The notes under the pieces: model-generated
What the model saw: the letters and a program-made list of their open reading frames with translations, nothing else
Databases searched by the model: none
Told to the model about the DNA's origin: nothing
Origin: Carcharhinus amblyrhynchos
Lineage: Eukaryota
Direction: 5' to 3'
Assembly: GCA_965287045.1 (NCBI GenBank)
Contig: OZ336885.1
Coordinates: 61,566,001-61,630,000, forward strand
DNA: 64,000 nt
Translations under genes and position numbers: made by a program
Shown: positions 13,801 through 28,800 of the stretch, piece by piece
Layout: each line of letters begins with the position of its first letter
How positions within the stretch are numbered: the stretch's first letter is position 1

Positions 13801-16800
13801 AAGAAAACAATCCATTGACTTAAGATTGTACATAAATCATCGAGGGGTTATGAAAGCAAACAATTTGTCCTAGATCAGACAAGCAATGGCTCATTAAGAC
13901 GCATTTATTTAATCTTTAAGCTTTGGAAACAATGAAAAGTTCGAATATATTTCTGTCAAGATGATTTATTTATTCAGTAAAAGGGACACGTGGTTCTCTG
14001 TATTGATCTTCCAAGTCAAAGTGAAATTTTGCAGGGGGAATTGCATGAACATTATACATTCCTCCAGTTTGCGTTGAAAATTTGAAGATGCATGTGTCAT
14101 ATCCTAAGCAAAGTCAAGGACATTTTGTCAAATAATGTGAGTCATTACGCAGGACCTTTTTTTTGCTTCCTTGTTTAACCCGCGATGCTTCGTTGTTTGG
14201 CATACTCGAAGGAAATGAAGTCAGGGATATTGTTAATATTAGGAGGAAAATGCATAAATTAACAATAACAACGGCATTATAATAAAACATAGCAAGCTCA
14301 ATATTTAACACGTAAGCAATTACGTTACGTTAAAAAATCACCGTTTTTACTGTTGAATATCACAGAAAACACAAGAGTAAAAATCAAACTGTTTTAATTG
14401 TATTTTAATTTGTATTCAAGTTTTCTTATTTACTATCAATTTGGAATATCTAGAATGCATGTATTATTATCTTTGTAGCTGCAAGTCCTGTTCACTTAAA
14501 TATAACTTTTTTTTATTGCTGATGCCGATTAAATCTGATTATAAATACTACATTTTTATTATTTTATATATTTTTTCTTATTATTATCGCTAACACTAGC
14601 GCCCAGAACTAGAAACTGAATGCCCAGGAAAGTTTGTTTTAAATTACCTTTTCACTTCACCGGAAAGAAAGACTTGTCTGACGCCCTGTGTTCACATACC
14701 GACGTGGGAGTAGGGATGACTTCAGCTCTTTGAGTCTTATCTGAAACTGAAAGCTTGTCTTGTATCTCTGAATATAAAACTAGAGCTGCTTGTCTGAATA
14801 AAACTCAAATGTCCATTCATGCCTTATCAGTAGTGCGAACTCACAGACCAATGCTGTTTGCGCTGCGTGGGGCGTCTCCAAAATAATAACTTAATGTGTA
14901 TCTCTCCTCTGATATGGCGCAGAAAACTAAGAGAAATTAGTTTGAACAACTGAATGTTTGTTTTGCTCGTGATGCTCATTTCATATTATATAACAATCAT
15001 TTTGTATAAAGCGGAGTGTACTTTTTTGAAGGGACATGGATGCCTGACTTACCATTATCCTTTGAAAACAGCATGCATATTTTGAATTCTGTGGGTGCAA
15101 AAGTAAAATATTTTGAAGATTCCGTTTGGATATCTGAGCAGAATGTTCAACTGCGGAGTTAACAACACAACGGATGCCTCCATCTGCTTTCTGAAGAAAT
15201 AATGACATCTAAAAGATTTATACAGACGCATAAATAAAGTTGCATGTGCTATTCTTGTTATTTACGCGCCCTAGCGCTGAATTTTCGACGTGGAACTAAA
15301 AAGGAAAGTCAGATGTTCACCGCACCTATTATCAGGAATGATGTTAGTTGAATGCAAAATAATTTATTTCGCGATACGAGGAACGTTTCCCTTTAAAAGC
15401 AGATTTAAATTTAACAGTGCCATGTTGTCTTGTGGAATGCAAATTTTGACCATAATGTTTTGTCAGCTAGCTATATAGCGCTGGCACATATAATCTATGG
15501 AAGTTCACAGTCTAAATTCATGCTTGAATCATTTCTGTCATTTCTCAGTTTTACTGATTTCAACAGTTGGCCGGAAAAATGAACCTGTCAATCTCATAAC
15601 ACCATACCATCTCAACTAAACATGTCCCTTCTGTAGAATCAGTCGGGGTCGGAATTAATACGATTGTAGGGCGTGGGAAATTGTTCTAGCAGTTTGAACA
15701 AGGCACATCATTTTGAACAGGACCAGGTACTTTGACTTGCTGAAAGGAAATCAGCTCTTAACTGATGTCATAATGGCACGCCTCCAGTTGTGATTGTTAT
15801 ACTGCTTTAAGCACCTTCCAAGCATTCCAATTAAATAAGACAACCAAGGACAGTAATTCAATGATTGTGTTACTTGACACTTCTGGTACCAAGTGAAACA
15901 TTATCAGTTACATCTCATTAATTATTCACTTTAACTCTTAAATTGCATACTAACTTTAAATTTAGCACCGACTTTAACAATTTGATTGAAAGTAGATATT
16001 ACCGAGCTCAGGAGAACCTTGGCCAAGAAATATCCTCTATAATTCTGTCTTCTCGTCTCTGATGTTTTCATCAGGTTAAAGGCCTTGCTGCCAGCGTTGG
16101 TCTCTTGGACTTATCAAGGACCCGCTTGTCTTTTATCCAGAATTCTCCAGTTGCATTCGGAAGATCCTCTGTCATCCAACTAATTATGTCACCAAAAACT
16201 GATCACATGGCTTGACCATCCAATTAAACTATTTTTGAACGACGACATGATACTTAGCTCATTTTATTTGTCCCAAACTTCAGAGCCATAAGATTCGAAG
16301 CCACGCTGTTTCGGTAAATGTAAATAACGTCCTTTATCTGGCTAACATAGGAAACTTCAGATCATAGCTCCCAGTCAGACCCTCTTTACGACCTGCGTTT
16401 GTTTTAAATCCATAAATTTTCAAAAAATTCCGGCATTTTCTTTCTCAGCCTGAATAGGCATTTTAAAGCCACTATTGAAATTATTGTTGTTGTCATTGTT
16501 TCAGCCTGTATTTTTTTCTGACCACACGATGCAATCCATTGAATATTGACAAGAACATCACATCTTGTGTGATAATCAAATTCAACGATCTTGCATACGC
16601 ATTCGTTTTACTTTTTTGTCTTGTGACAAATCACCAAAATGTAAATAGATAAAATTGTTTCACATTGCATAGAATGGTGAGCACACTGTTGGGAAATTTC
16701 ATAAAATTCCAGCAGAATATTTTGTTTTCTTTGATTATTTTCTAACAGAGTTTCAAGAATGCAGATGTTCGAATAGTTTATTATGATCATCAATTTTGCA

Positions 16801-19800
16801 TATCATCATAACAAACTTTGGTTCCCGAGCGAAGATTGTTTTGATTTGTATTTAAACAAATATTATTCAATTGTTCCACTCAAGTTAAATTAATCCATTA
16901 CTGGATCGAATATATACAGCAATGCTACGCAAAACAATTGATATTAGGTGCCTCCGAGAAGGATTCGAACAATTTATCTTGAAGTGAAGCTATGTGCATT
17001 ATCAGTCTGAAGCGCATTTCAGCAGGTGTAACAAATCTGTTTTCCTGATTTTTCAATGGTTTTTGAATATATATATATATATTAGGGAGGGACAATAAAC
17101 AATTTTGTCATCAATTGTCATGATAATGGTCGAAACCGTAACCATATATATGCCCATCATATCATAATTTCCAATGCAAACGTGTACAATTTTCAACTGC
17201 AAACAGTGTCATGGCCCGCTTTAAACTCCATTTAATTAACAATGGATGTGCAGAATTCATGTCGTCATTGATTTACTGACAGCTTCTCCACCCCCCCCCC
17301 AACATTTTGTGTGTGATAACAGGTTTGAATCCGCTTTGACAGTTAATATTCAACTCAAAATACCTTTTTCTTTTGCTTCTAGCTTTTCCTCTGCACATCG
17401 GAAATTGATGGGCTTTAGATTATACGGTAGATTTCATTCTACAGTTTTGTCGTCAAAGCAAATCCTGACCATGTTTTGTTAAGTTTGAGAGTAAAACAAC
17501 ATCATTACAACAACCATATGGTTCTGAATATATATCACACGCGATAGTGTATTTATTTCGGCTGGGCCCTAAAATTCGTGTTTGGATCTCAACATCTAAG
17601 CGTGAATTGAGCTTCGGGGCAGAGTAGTGGCACACTGGTTAGCACCGCTGCCTCACAGAGCTTGGAGTCTAATTTTCTATTCCTGCCTCCGCTCCCGCTC
17701 TGTGTGGAACCTGCGCCTTCTCGCCGTGGCTTTCCTCCGGGAGCTCCGGTTTCTTCCCACGGATAAAGATATGCGGCTTTGGTTGAGTGGACATTATTAA
17801 TAGACCCTTGTTTGAGGGGGAGACAGCAAGGCAACTTTGTGGGTATTACGGAAATAGGAGCTGGGTGGAATTGTAATCGGTGTAGACTAGTTCGGCCAAA
17901 TGACCTTCTTCTGCACTGTAGGTATTACGTGGTTCTTCTATGATATGCTAAATCAGTCAGCAACATGTGATACGATACCAGATGAAATTCATTCTCCTAC
18001 TTCTCGATATTAGTAATTGCTCACGATATCTTACCTAAATCTTTTAGAGATTTTTTCCGTGTCGTTCGTTCTGCAATGAGGTAAATTAATTAGTGAACAG
18101 ATTTAATTGGACGCTGATTAACTTGAGTTCACGGAGTGTTTAAATGAAAAAAAAATGCACAAGGTAGCGCAAAGGGCGTACAATACAGCCCAATAGATAC
18201 ATAATAGAACAACATGCATTATAGCAAAGCTCCTGCTCGATACTGGTTATTTTGCAAAATTGCTGGCTGATGAGTGCATGTTAAGCAGAAGCTAGACGTA
18301 GAGGCATAGTGGGAGTTGGGGCTGGTGTGGGGCGTGCTGTGTGGGGTTGGGGGTGGGGATTGTCAGTGGAAAACAGCGCAGCAATGGCATGGAGGACGTC
18401 CAAATACAATTCGCAAATTAGCTAAGGAGAAATGAAAAGATGTCGCTGGCGGCAATCAATGATATTCAACTAGCCAAAGAAGCATCCCTCTGCCGGAGGT
18501 GATTAGAGTCAATCAATGAGATAATAATAACACCAATGGAATTCACCTCAGAAAATTAGACGTTAATCATGTAGGTTATGGTTGAATTTATATCAACGGA
18601 TACTGGAAAGAGGAAAATGTGTCCTTGTTTTTTTTTTCCAGAACACAACAATTTAATACATATTATAAATGTATCGATGCAGCTAAAGCGATTTCGGACT
18701 AACAGTGTTACTGTCTGAAATCGATACACAAATCTTTATTCGAAGTTCGTTGCATGCCTTGTGTTCTAAATTAGCCGATTAAATATTTATTCGATTTATT
18801 TTGTACAGGTATTAGTGCGAGTGGGTGAAACGACCACTACGGACTCAGGGTGAAGCTCAATAACGGCACAACTTTATTTTCTTGAACGTCGACGGAGAAG
18901 CGCAGTCGGGACATACAATCGGACTGTCCCGAAAGCGCTCTAACGATCCCTCGCAGCGGGCTACTGTTATACCTGAACTTCGGTGTAGTATGCGATTCAA
19001 ATGTTAATACTTTGTTTGCATTATTCGACCTTAACCATTCTGTCTCGATGTTTTCAAGTGTTGGGGAAATTGTTTTAAGTGTGTGCTATTCGTTTTGTCT
19101 GATTGGTTATTAATGGGCTAGAATCTCTGGAGTTTGAACCATAGGCGTGGCATTGATCTCAGAAGAGGTTTGAGGGGCCAGGAACGTTTCCATAGCTACG
19201 CTAATTTTAGGTGTCTCCATGGGTTGTTTGACCGTTTTAGAAGTGCTGATTTTGATGGGGTGGGGATTTTTTATTTTAATTTAGTCCCTGTAGGTGCCAT
19301 CCTGTCCAGCTTCCCTTGTGTGCTAGCCCTCATTTGCATTCTAAAAACATGCTCTTGCCTGCTAATCTGTGTCTGTTACTTTGTGACTTTTAGTGGAGTG
19401 GCTCTGAGTGTAACTTTAGTCTGCTTCCATATCGTGTGCCCAATTTCATAAAATTTGTTGTCTGATAACACAGGTAATCTCTTTTTTAAAGCAAATGTAT
19501 TTTGATAAGAAAACAAAAACGTATGTACTATTTCTCAAACTTGCAGTTATATATCGAGCCAGACACTTTTCCAAATTTATGTACAATATACAATCTGACA
19601 TCCGTGACGGACAATTGTAATTCATCTCGAAATGTACCTGCCCAAGATACCTCTCATCAAATAACTTCGAACTTTACTATTTTCGGAATGCGAATCTGTT
19701 GGATAATTCAGGCACTATTTTCCATTGGGACCATCATAATGCGACCCATTGTTCAAAAATAATTGCAGTACCACTGCCGATCTAACCTTGGTTGTCGATA

Positions 19801-22800
19801 TGTATCTTTGCATCGTCCAGTTCTGGAAGAAAAGCGTATGTATTTATTTAAAATCGAAACAATCTGAATCGTGGGCGAGTCCCTTCCTGCATCTCGGGCC
19901 AACTACATTACTGTTTAGTGAGTATTCAAACAGCCGCATTCGACATAAAATTGTGCTAAAAATACTTCACAAAATCACCTTTAGATGGATTACTGCAATT
20001 ACTTTCCTCCACTGCATTCATTCAATGATCGAGGAACACAGGAGTAGAAAATAATTTGATTAGCAGGCAGTTGAACAATTTCTGTAATCCTTTTGTCACT
20101 ACAGACAACTGCAAATGTCAAAGTTTTAACTTTCACCATGAGTGTCACGCATTTGACAGATGTTACCCCCCTCAGAAGCCGCACGCCAACTTCTTTTCCA
20201 GAACAAGTATGATCAGGCATGAATTAAATATGAATAGCTATTTGCACTTAAACAAATGTTGTTTTTATTAATTCGTGAGACGTGGGTGTTGCTGGCTTAG
20301 CATTCATTGCTCATTCCTAGTTGATCCTGGAGGGCAGTTGAGAATGGACAATGTTGCTTAAACTCTGGAGTCGCATATACAGCAAATAGGTAAGGGCAGT
20401 TGATTTTGATCCCGAATGCACATTCGTGAATCAGGTGACTTTTTTAATTTTTTTTCCCCAACAAGCAACAATGGTTTCCTGGTCATCACACTGTTGAATA
20501 TAGTTTTATTAATTCAAATTCCACCAGTCGCCGTGGTGTAATTGAAAGCATCGCAGCCAGAGCATAAACTGAGTTTGTGGATTGGGTGATATTGACACTT
20601 GACAATCGTGTACAACTCACAAATCAGTTTCATAACCAGTCGGCACTTTCATCATCAGAACTATCATATTTGCTGATTTTTACCGCAAGCCGAATACATT
20701 TTCGAAAGTATTTCTTTTCCTTCCAGATCCTGTTGCATCTCGGTTTTAACGCTTTGCTATTATAGTGCATCACTGACAGAAACAACACGCGCGTAAGGAT
20801 TTGCTTTGGAACGATGTGCTGGCTGACAAGGGCCTTAGCATAGTTAAAATATATTAATTTAAAAACGTAATACCCTTTTCGTTTTCTTTTAGCTTTTCTG
20901 CTGCAGAACAAGCATTAAACAACGGCACTTAGATTAAAGGAAATCATTCCAGCAGTAAGATGCAATTGTTGTGTTTTCATTTGGCATGCAGAATATGGTT
21001 TAAAGAGGCAATGATTGGCAACAACAGTACGGATTGAACCCGTTTACGCGTATGATCGCGGAAATGCTTGTACACTGAGAAAGGAATGATATTATAATCT
21101 GAACTCTCCGTGATAGTTAATTATGCTCTCGGAAATTACTGAAACAGGTGTTACATTGTAGAATTTCGGACCAACTTACATCACTTTAATTCGTTATTTT
21201 CCAGTTAAAATTCTAACACAACAGCATATTTGGATTTTTATTTAGTTAGGTATGTTGTCTCACCAAAATCTTCCAAAGCTCTTTTGCATATTTGGAGCTC
21301 TTGGGTGAGGGACGGGGAGCTATGAGCACGTGGCTTTCAAACCATATTGACTTCTATCGATACGATGATGTTCCTCTGTAAACGTATTCAAAGGGGTAAG
21401 CTAGAGCAGTTACTCAAGTTATATTGAGTTTTACCCCACCATATGTATAACCAAGCGCAGATGCGGCAGATCAATTTGGAACTACAATATTTTCGGTCAA
21501 AGCAAAGTGCCGTAACATAACGACTGTACCTCATGAAGTAGGGTTGTTATTGAGGAATTCCAGTGACTACGATACTTCCAGCTTAAAACAAATGTGGAAA
21601 ATTCAATTCTCCCTGCCATTAATGAAGAATAGCTCAGAAATGGGATGAAACAAATCATGAATTAAACTTCTTTGTAGTTTTCAATGAAACAAGCAGTGAT
21701 CCATTTGCTGAATTTTGAGACTGTCCTCAGTTTTTTTGAAGAACTGGTTGTGGTTCACTTGTTTAAGTGCTTCAAATAATTGATTGAAAAAAAACAAATC
21801 TTAAACTTTAGAATGATAAAGGGCGAGTTGCTCAAAACACATTTTCCGATAAACCTGGTGATACATTTCCTCTGATTTAACTGAATGCAAATTACACAGA
21901 TGATACGTATAGATTATAACTGCTAAGGTAATTTGAAACAGAACTGGATTTAAGCCATACGAAATGCACAAATACAAGAACAATATAGTTTTGTATGTCT
22001 GCAATTCAACATCAACCGCATAAAAATGTACCGCTAGAAAATTAGAATATAATATTAACAATTAAGCCTATTTCATCGCAGTTGAGTATTTTTCCCCCCC
22101 AGCAAATTTCGTTCCATCATCAGCCTAGTCCAATCCGAATAAGGGGAGCTAAAATTGCTAGTCGCCAACCACTCTGTATCTGCTGCGTAGATATCCGCCC
22201 AACACAGCGCAGCAGTTATTAAGTAGCGGACCTGGAATATAAGCTGAAATCACAAACTATCATTAGTTACTTTCAGACTCATTGCAAGGAATCTCCCATG
22301 AAATGTGAAAACCACTGTCTGAACGGAGAATATTAAATCCTAAATCACTTTTGCAATTCTTGCGAACTGACATTGCCCCCAGAGGTCTCCACTTCATTGC
22401 ATTAAAAAAAAACGCTGACGCCTATTCAGGTAAAGTTGTGGCGGTCCTGCTTGGAATTCCGCCATGGCGGCTGGTGGAATTTGGATTGAAAAGAGATGGG
22501 TGTAGTCCTAAATGAATATTGCTTATCGGTATTTACTATGGAGAAAGGCATGGATGTTCAGAAACTTGGTGAAATAAATGGCGATGCCACAAGGGTGTAA
22601 AAATACGAGAGAACGATGAGCTGGAATCGTTAAAGTTCACCGATATAGATAAATTCCCGATACCAGAAGAAGTGCATTCCAGGACGTCCTGAGAGGATTG
22701 GGACGGGATCTGAATCATGGACAGCCACGGATGAGGTGCCTGAAGATTGTAGGGTGCAAATGTTATTCCTTTGATTGAAAAGCAGCACAGGCAAAAACCT

Positions 22801-25800
22801 GAAAACTAAAAAAAGGCGAGCCTCACATCTATACTGGATAAGTTGATAGAAAGTATTCTGAGTAACAGGATCTATAGACAGTTAGAGAGGCAAGGCCCAT
22901 TAAAGACAGCCAGCAAGGCTTTGTCAGTGGAATATCATGTGCCACAAACTTGACTGAGTTTGCTTTTGTAGGCGTAACCAAAAAGGTAAATGAGGACACT
23001 GCAATTGATTTTGTCTACATGAACATTAACAAGGCATTTGACAAGATACCACATGGCAGATTATTACATGAGGTTAACTCTCATGGGATGCAGTTTGAGG
23101 TAGGAACATGGATACAAAGTTGGCTTGATGACAGAAGACGTACAGTGGTTGTACAGGGTTGTTTTTCAACCTGGAGGCCTGAGACCAGCAGTGTGCTTTA
23201 TAGAATATTGTTGTATCCACTGTTATTTGTCAAATATATTAATGATTTGGATTCAAATATACGAGGCGTGCTTCGTAAATTTGTAGATGACAGAAAGGTT
23301 GGTCGCATAGTTGCCAGTGACGAAGGTTATCTAGGATTGCAAAGGCATATTGATCGATTGCACCCGTGGGGTGACGAATGGCAAATGAAGCTCAATGCAG
23401 ATAAATGCAAGGTGATGCATTTTGGTCCAACGAATCGGGGAAGGACTTACTCAGGGACCGAAAGAGAATTACTGGAAAATGTCAGCACATCCGGCAGGAT
23501 ATGGTAGGAGAGAAACGTGCTGACGCTTCGAGTCCAGATGATGCTTTATCAAAGCTTTGACAAAGGGTCATCTAGACTCGAAACTTCAGATATTTTCTCC
23601 TCCTGAGATGTTCAAGTATTTTCACATTTTGTTTCGAATTCAAACTCCGCTTCAATTTGTTTTTACTGAGGATTTACTCAGTTATTTGTGGGCGTTGGCG
23701 AGAGTTGTGGAGCAAAGAAATCTCGGAGTGCCGGTCCAAAGCTCCTTGAATGTGCCGACACATGTGGACAGATAAATGTGGAAGGCGTTCGTCATATTTG
23801 TTTTCATTGGTCAGAATGTTGAATACAGGAGTTGAGACGTCTTGCTCAAGTTGCACACGACAATGCTAAGGCCATACTTAGAATATTGCGCGCTGCTCTG
23901 GTCACACAAATATAGAAAGGATAGCATTATACTGGAAAGAGTGCAAAACAGATTTACAAAGTTGCTAAAGGGACTTGAGGGCTTGATTTATAAGGGGAGG
24001 GCGGATAGATTGGGACGTATTTCCACTGGCGCATATGAGGTTTCGGGGTGATCTTATAGAGGTCGATTAAATAATGAGGTACATAGATCAGCCAGATCGT
24101 CATTATCCTTTTCGCAAACGTAGGAAAATCTAGAACTGGAGGGTATAAGTCTAAGGTGAGAGACAAGGAATACAATAGGGTCCAGAGGGGCATTGATTTC
24201 ACACAGAGGGTGGCGAGTGTCTGGATCAAGCTGCCAGATGTAGTAGTAGAACCATTTATAATTTTGTATTTTTTCTTAAAAGCTGTTTGAACTTTACATG
24301 GGTAAGATGGGAAACGACCCACTTACGTCACTGTAAATCCTTGTAAATGGCAGAATCATCGCCCAGGCATTGTCCTTTGAGCCATTATCGGCGACATTAT
24401 GTGAAATATAGATCGTAAAAGCAGAGTAGCAGGTTTGCTCACAAATTACGACGTTAGCACTTAATATATATATTGTTTTTCCTTCTGAAATGGTGATCAT
24501 GTTCTTGATTCTGTTTCACTTTTTGTGTGATTAAGACATCATTGTATTTGAACGCTATAAAACGCTTTCATTTTTTTGTGCAGTTTTCCTACTCATTACA
24601 AATCAAAGATTAACACCGTCAACTATTAGGAGGCAAGTAAATCAACTCGAAACATTTCATTGATTCCGAAATGTCACGTGACCTATTATTTTTCGGATGA
24701 AATAATATCTGTTATCAAGCTTATTTAGTGTGCATCAACAAAGCAAGCATTTTGACTTTAAAATTTGCGCCACATTTTCGCTATTTTCTAAATGTGTATG
24801 CCTAAATATCTAACTTTTATTACTCGCTATGCAGACCTCCGGAAATCCCACCATCAAATTTTGCATCATTAGTGAATTTTTCTACATTTCCTACAAGGAT
24901 GAAAATGTTGATGGTGAGACACTTTTTACCGACAACGTCTTTATTATGTTGGCTTTCAGGCGAAATACGTAATAACATGAAGGCGACGAAAATGCCGACA
25001 AGTTGCATGAAACGCTATTGTTTATATGTGTTTTTCTACCGAGAAAGACACTTCCACCTGCATAACAGTTGAATTGCTCAACTTAACAGCTTTTAAATCC
25101 GCTTCCTTTTTTATGTAAAAGCGAAAACAATTACATTGACGTTGATATTTGACGACAATGCTTAATGTCCTGAATGACATTCTAGAAAGCAGATCCAGTT
25201 ATTTACTATTTTTGTGCCAGAGGGAAGACAGGCCAAACAAAAATTCACTGTTTGTTTCAATAATACGTCACCAAAGTCAATCATATTAACAGTGACACTA
25301 ATATAATGTGCGAAATTTAAATATCTAGAACCCAAAAGTACACAAAATAAGTTCATATTGTAAAGCCGGTATCGGTAAACACTGCCAATGATATGGTTCA
25401 TTTGTTTTCTCCCAGATGGCATCCTGAGTCTGTGTTCTGATTTTTTTTTTGATATGAAACATGTCTAGTTTCTCACCTTTTTTTTCAAAGCTTTTTTGCA
25501 TTCTGAGAACTCTTAAATCAGTGAACGGACACTTCAAACCCATTGAATTTAAAGAAGGGCAAAAGATGTTTACCTGGCAAATTTATATTTCAAAAAAAAC
25601 AAGAAAAAGGATGAGACATACACAGTCAACGTATCACTAAAGTTGTGAGTCAACATTGTGAAAACTATCAACAAACCAATCAGTATGACTTATAGTTAAA
25701 ATGTTGCCTCAGGATATTCATGTTAAGGAGCCTCGGCGTGTAGTTAAGAATGTGAGCGAAGGAGAGTACTTTCTAACTGCAATTCACCTATTTGGACCTA

Positions 25801-28800
25801 CACGACTTATAAAAAGATTCTGATGGGAGTTACGTGCACACCCCCTCGCAGTGGTCAAGATGTGGGGCAGAAAATTAAACAGGAGATGAAAGAATAATAT
25901 ATAAAGTCAATATTGCAATAATCATGTGGAACTTCAATATGCAGATGGACTGGAAAAATTGGGTAGGTAGCAATTGCCAAGAAAAGTAATGTTTGGAATG
26001 TCTAAGAAATGTATTATTTTTGGTGCAGCTTGTGACAGAGCCCACTAGGGAACGGACAAGTCTGGATTTGGTGGTGTGTGATGAGGCAGATTTGATGAGG
26101 AAACTTAAGCTGAGGGAACCCTAAGGGGCTGTAACAACATTATGATATAATTTACTCTGTAGCTTGAAAGGTAGATGCTGAAATAAGATGTCACGGTATT
26201 ACAGTGCAATAAAGAGAAATTCAAAAAAAAAGGAGGAGCTGACCAGAGTTGTTTGGAAAGGGAGCCCAACAGGAAATACATTGAAACCGCAATGGCAGGA
26301 TTTTTCGGGTGTTTTTAGGGAGACACAACAAATAATGATCCCAATCATGAGGAAATTTCCTAAGGGAAGTATGAGGCATCAATGACAGACGAGGGAAGTC
26401 TGGAAGAGAATAAAATCAAAAGAAAAAACACGGAAAATGGCGAGGATTACGGGGAAACAAGGTATTGGAAGACTTTAAATATGGGCAGAGGACAGCTAAC
26501 AAAATAAATTGGGGGGGGGGGGCGTGAATCATGAGTGTAAGCTAGCTCGTAACAAAGAAGATGAAGAGTTTTTTTTTCAATATATAAAAGGTAAGAGAGA
26601 GGAAACAATTGACATTGAGCCGTTGGACAATGAGGTTGGAAAAACAAATAATAGAGAACAAAGAAGTGCGAAAATCAGTGATTTGTTCTTTGCATCAGTC
26701 TTCACGGTGGAAGATACAAGTGGGATGCCAGAGCATAACGAGATTCTGGGGAAACTGGAACGTCTGGAAGTGGATATATCACCTGGACCGGATGTACTAC
26801 AGCCATAATTCTAAAAGAGATAGTTGAAGAAATCGTGGCGGCATTGTGTGTGATCTTTAAGGAATTACTGGAGGCAGGGAGGGTCTCAGATAACTGGGAA
26901 GTAGCTAGTGCAACACTGCTGATTAAAAAAACGGAAGGCAGGCAACAAATGGGACGCTTCCAGCTGGTTTGTCTGGCTTCAGTCATTTGCAAAATTTTAG
27001 AGTCCATTACTAAAGGTGAGTTCACGGAGGACATGGGAGTGCATGATAAAATACAATTGAGTCAGCATGGCGTCGTCAACAAGAGGTCACATCTGACAAA
27101 TCAGTTAGAGTTAATTGAGAAGGTAACAAGGGTGTTAGATACAGGAGAACCAATGGACATGATTTATTTAGATTTCCAAAAAGACATTTGACAAGGTGCC
27201 ACATAGGAGTCTGTGAAATAAGTTAAGAGCCTATGGTGTCCGAGGGAAGATCCTGGCATGAATAGAGAATTGACTAACTGGCAGAAGACAGAGAGTGGGG
27301 ATGAAGGGATCTTTTTCAGGATGGCAGCCATTGACTAGTGGTGTGACTCAAGTGTCCGCTGTGGGATCACAACGTTTCACGACATATAATAACACACTGG
27401 ACGACGGAACTGAAGACACTGTTGATACGCTTACAGACCATACAATAACATATAGAGTGACCGGTGGTATTGAGGGAACAGGGGAACTGCAAAATGATTT
27501 AGACAACTGATGAGGCGGGGCAAAGAATTGACAGAGCGATTATAATGTGGAAAATTGTGAGCTCATGCACTTTGCAAGGAACAATGGAGGCATAGATTAT
27601 TTTCCAAACGGAGAAATGCTTAGGAAATCAGAAACACAAATAGCATAAGAACATAAGAAATAGGAGCAGGAGTAGGCCATCTAGCCCTTCGAGCCTGCCC
27701 CGTCATTCAATAAGGTCATGGCTGATCTGAAGTAGATCAGTTCCACTACCCTGCTTTCTCTCCATAACCTTTAATTCCCCTGCCTATCAAAAACGTATCT
27801 ACCCGTGACTTAAATTCATCTGGCGCAGCAGCCTCCACCGCTTCAATGGGCAGATAATTCCAGAGATTCCCCACCCTTTGAGGGAAGAAGGTCCTTCTCA
27901 ACTCCGATCTAAACTGCCCCCAAGGTTAACACGAATGTTTAGTTGGCAGTAAGGAAGGCAGACACAACGTTATCGTTCCTGTCGAAAGTCTGAGAACATA
28001 AGAACAGATATTAATCGTGAGGCTATATATGGCTCTCGTAAGACACCATTTGGAGAATTGTGAGCAATTTTGAGTCCGGTATCTAAGGAAGGATGTGCTG
28101 GCCTTGGAAAAAGTTCCAGAGAGGGTTCACAAGAATGATTCCTGGAATGAGGAGTTTATTGTACGAGGAACGTTTGAAAACTCTGGGCTTGTACCCGTTA
28201 GAGTTCAGAAGGATGGCATGGATTTTATTGAAACTTACAGGATGTTGCAGGGCTTGAATAGAGTGGAGTTGGAGATGTTTCCACTAGTAGGAAAACATAG
28301 AAATACAAGGCACAATTTCAGATTAAAAGAACAACACTTTAAAACAGACATGAGGAGATTTTTTTTGTCTCTTCAGCCAGAGAATGATCAATCAGTGGAA
28401 CTCATTGGCATAGAAGGCTGTGGAGGCCAGGCCATTCAGTGACTTTAAGACAAAGATAGTTAGGTTCTTGATTAATAAGGGGATCAGGTGTTACACGGAA
28501 ACAAATTAGGAGAACGGGGATGAGGAAAATAACAGCCATGATTGACTGGCGAAACAACTCGATGAGTCTAATCCTGCTCCTATGTGGATGGCCTTAACTC
28601 AAATGACCAGAATTCTATGAATTATTAGGAATTATTTTGTACTTTGACATGAAGACATGAGCCTAATGGTTGGCGGAAATTACAATTCTGGTTATGCCGT
28701 AATTAGTTTATATGTCTGACATTCCCAAATTCGGTCCACAAAATTTGCAACTCATATTCATAAATGCCGAGTGCAAAACAACACAATTATATTCTGGATG

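Noticed and set aside
14700-14740. 41-nt segment with good AG and gtatgt
   Set aside because: Not a multiple of 3, unrelated to the repeat, and not needed for the alternation; a rare poison exon cannot be excluded.
21343-21375. 33-nt phase-1 exon candidate EHHRIDRSQY
   Set aside because: Would leave a 43-nt intron to the next exon; weak donor; no repeat similarity.
24852-24890. 39-nt in-frame exon candidate NVEKFTNDAKFD
   Set aside because: Resembles the CR1 RT motif SKFADDTKLGG, so more likely a LINE remnant; wrong size class.
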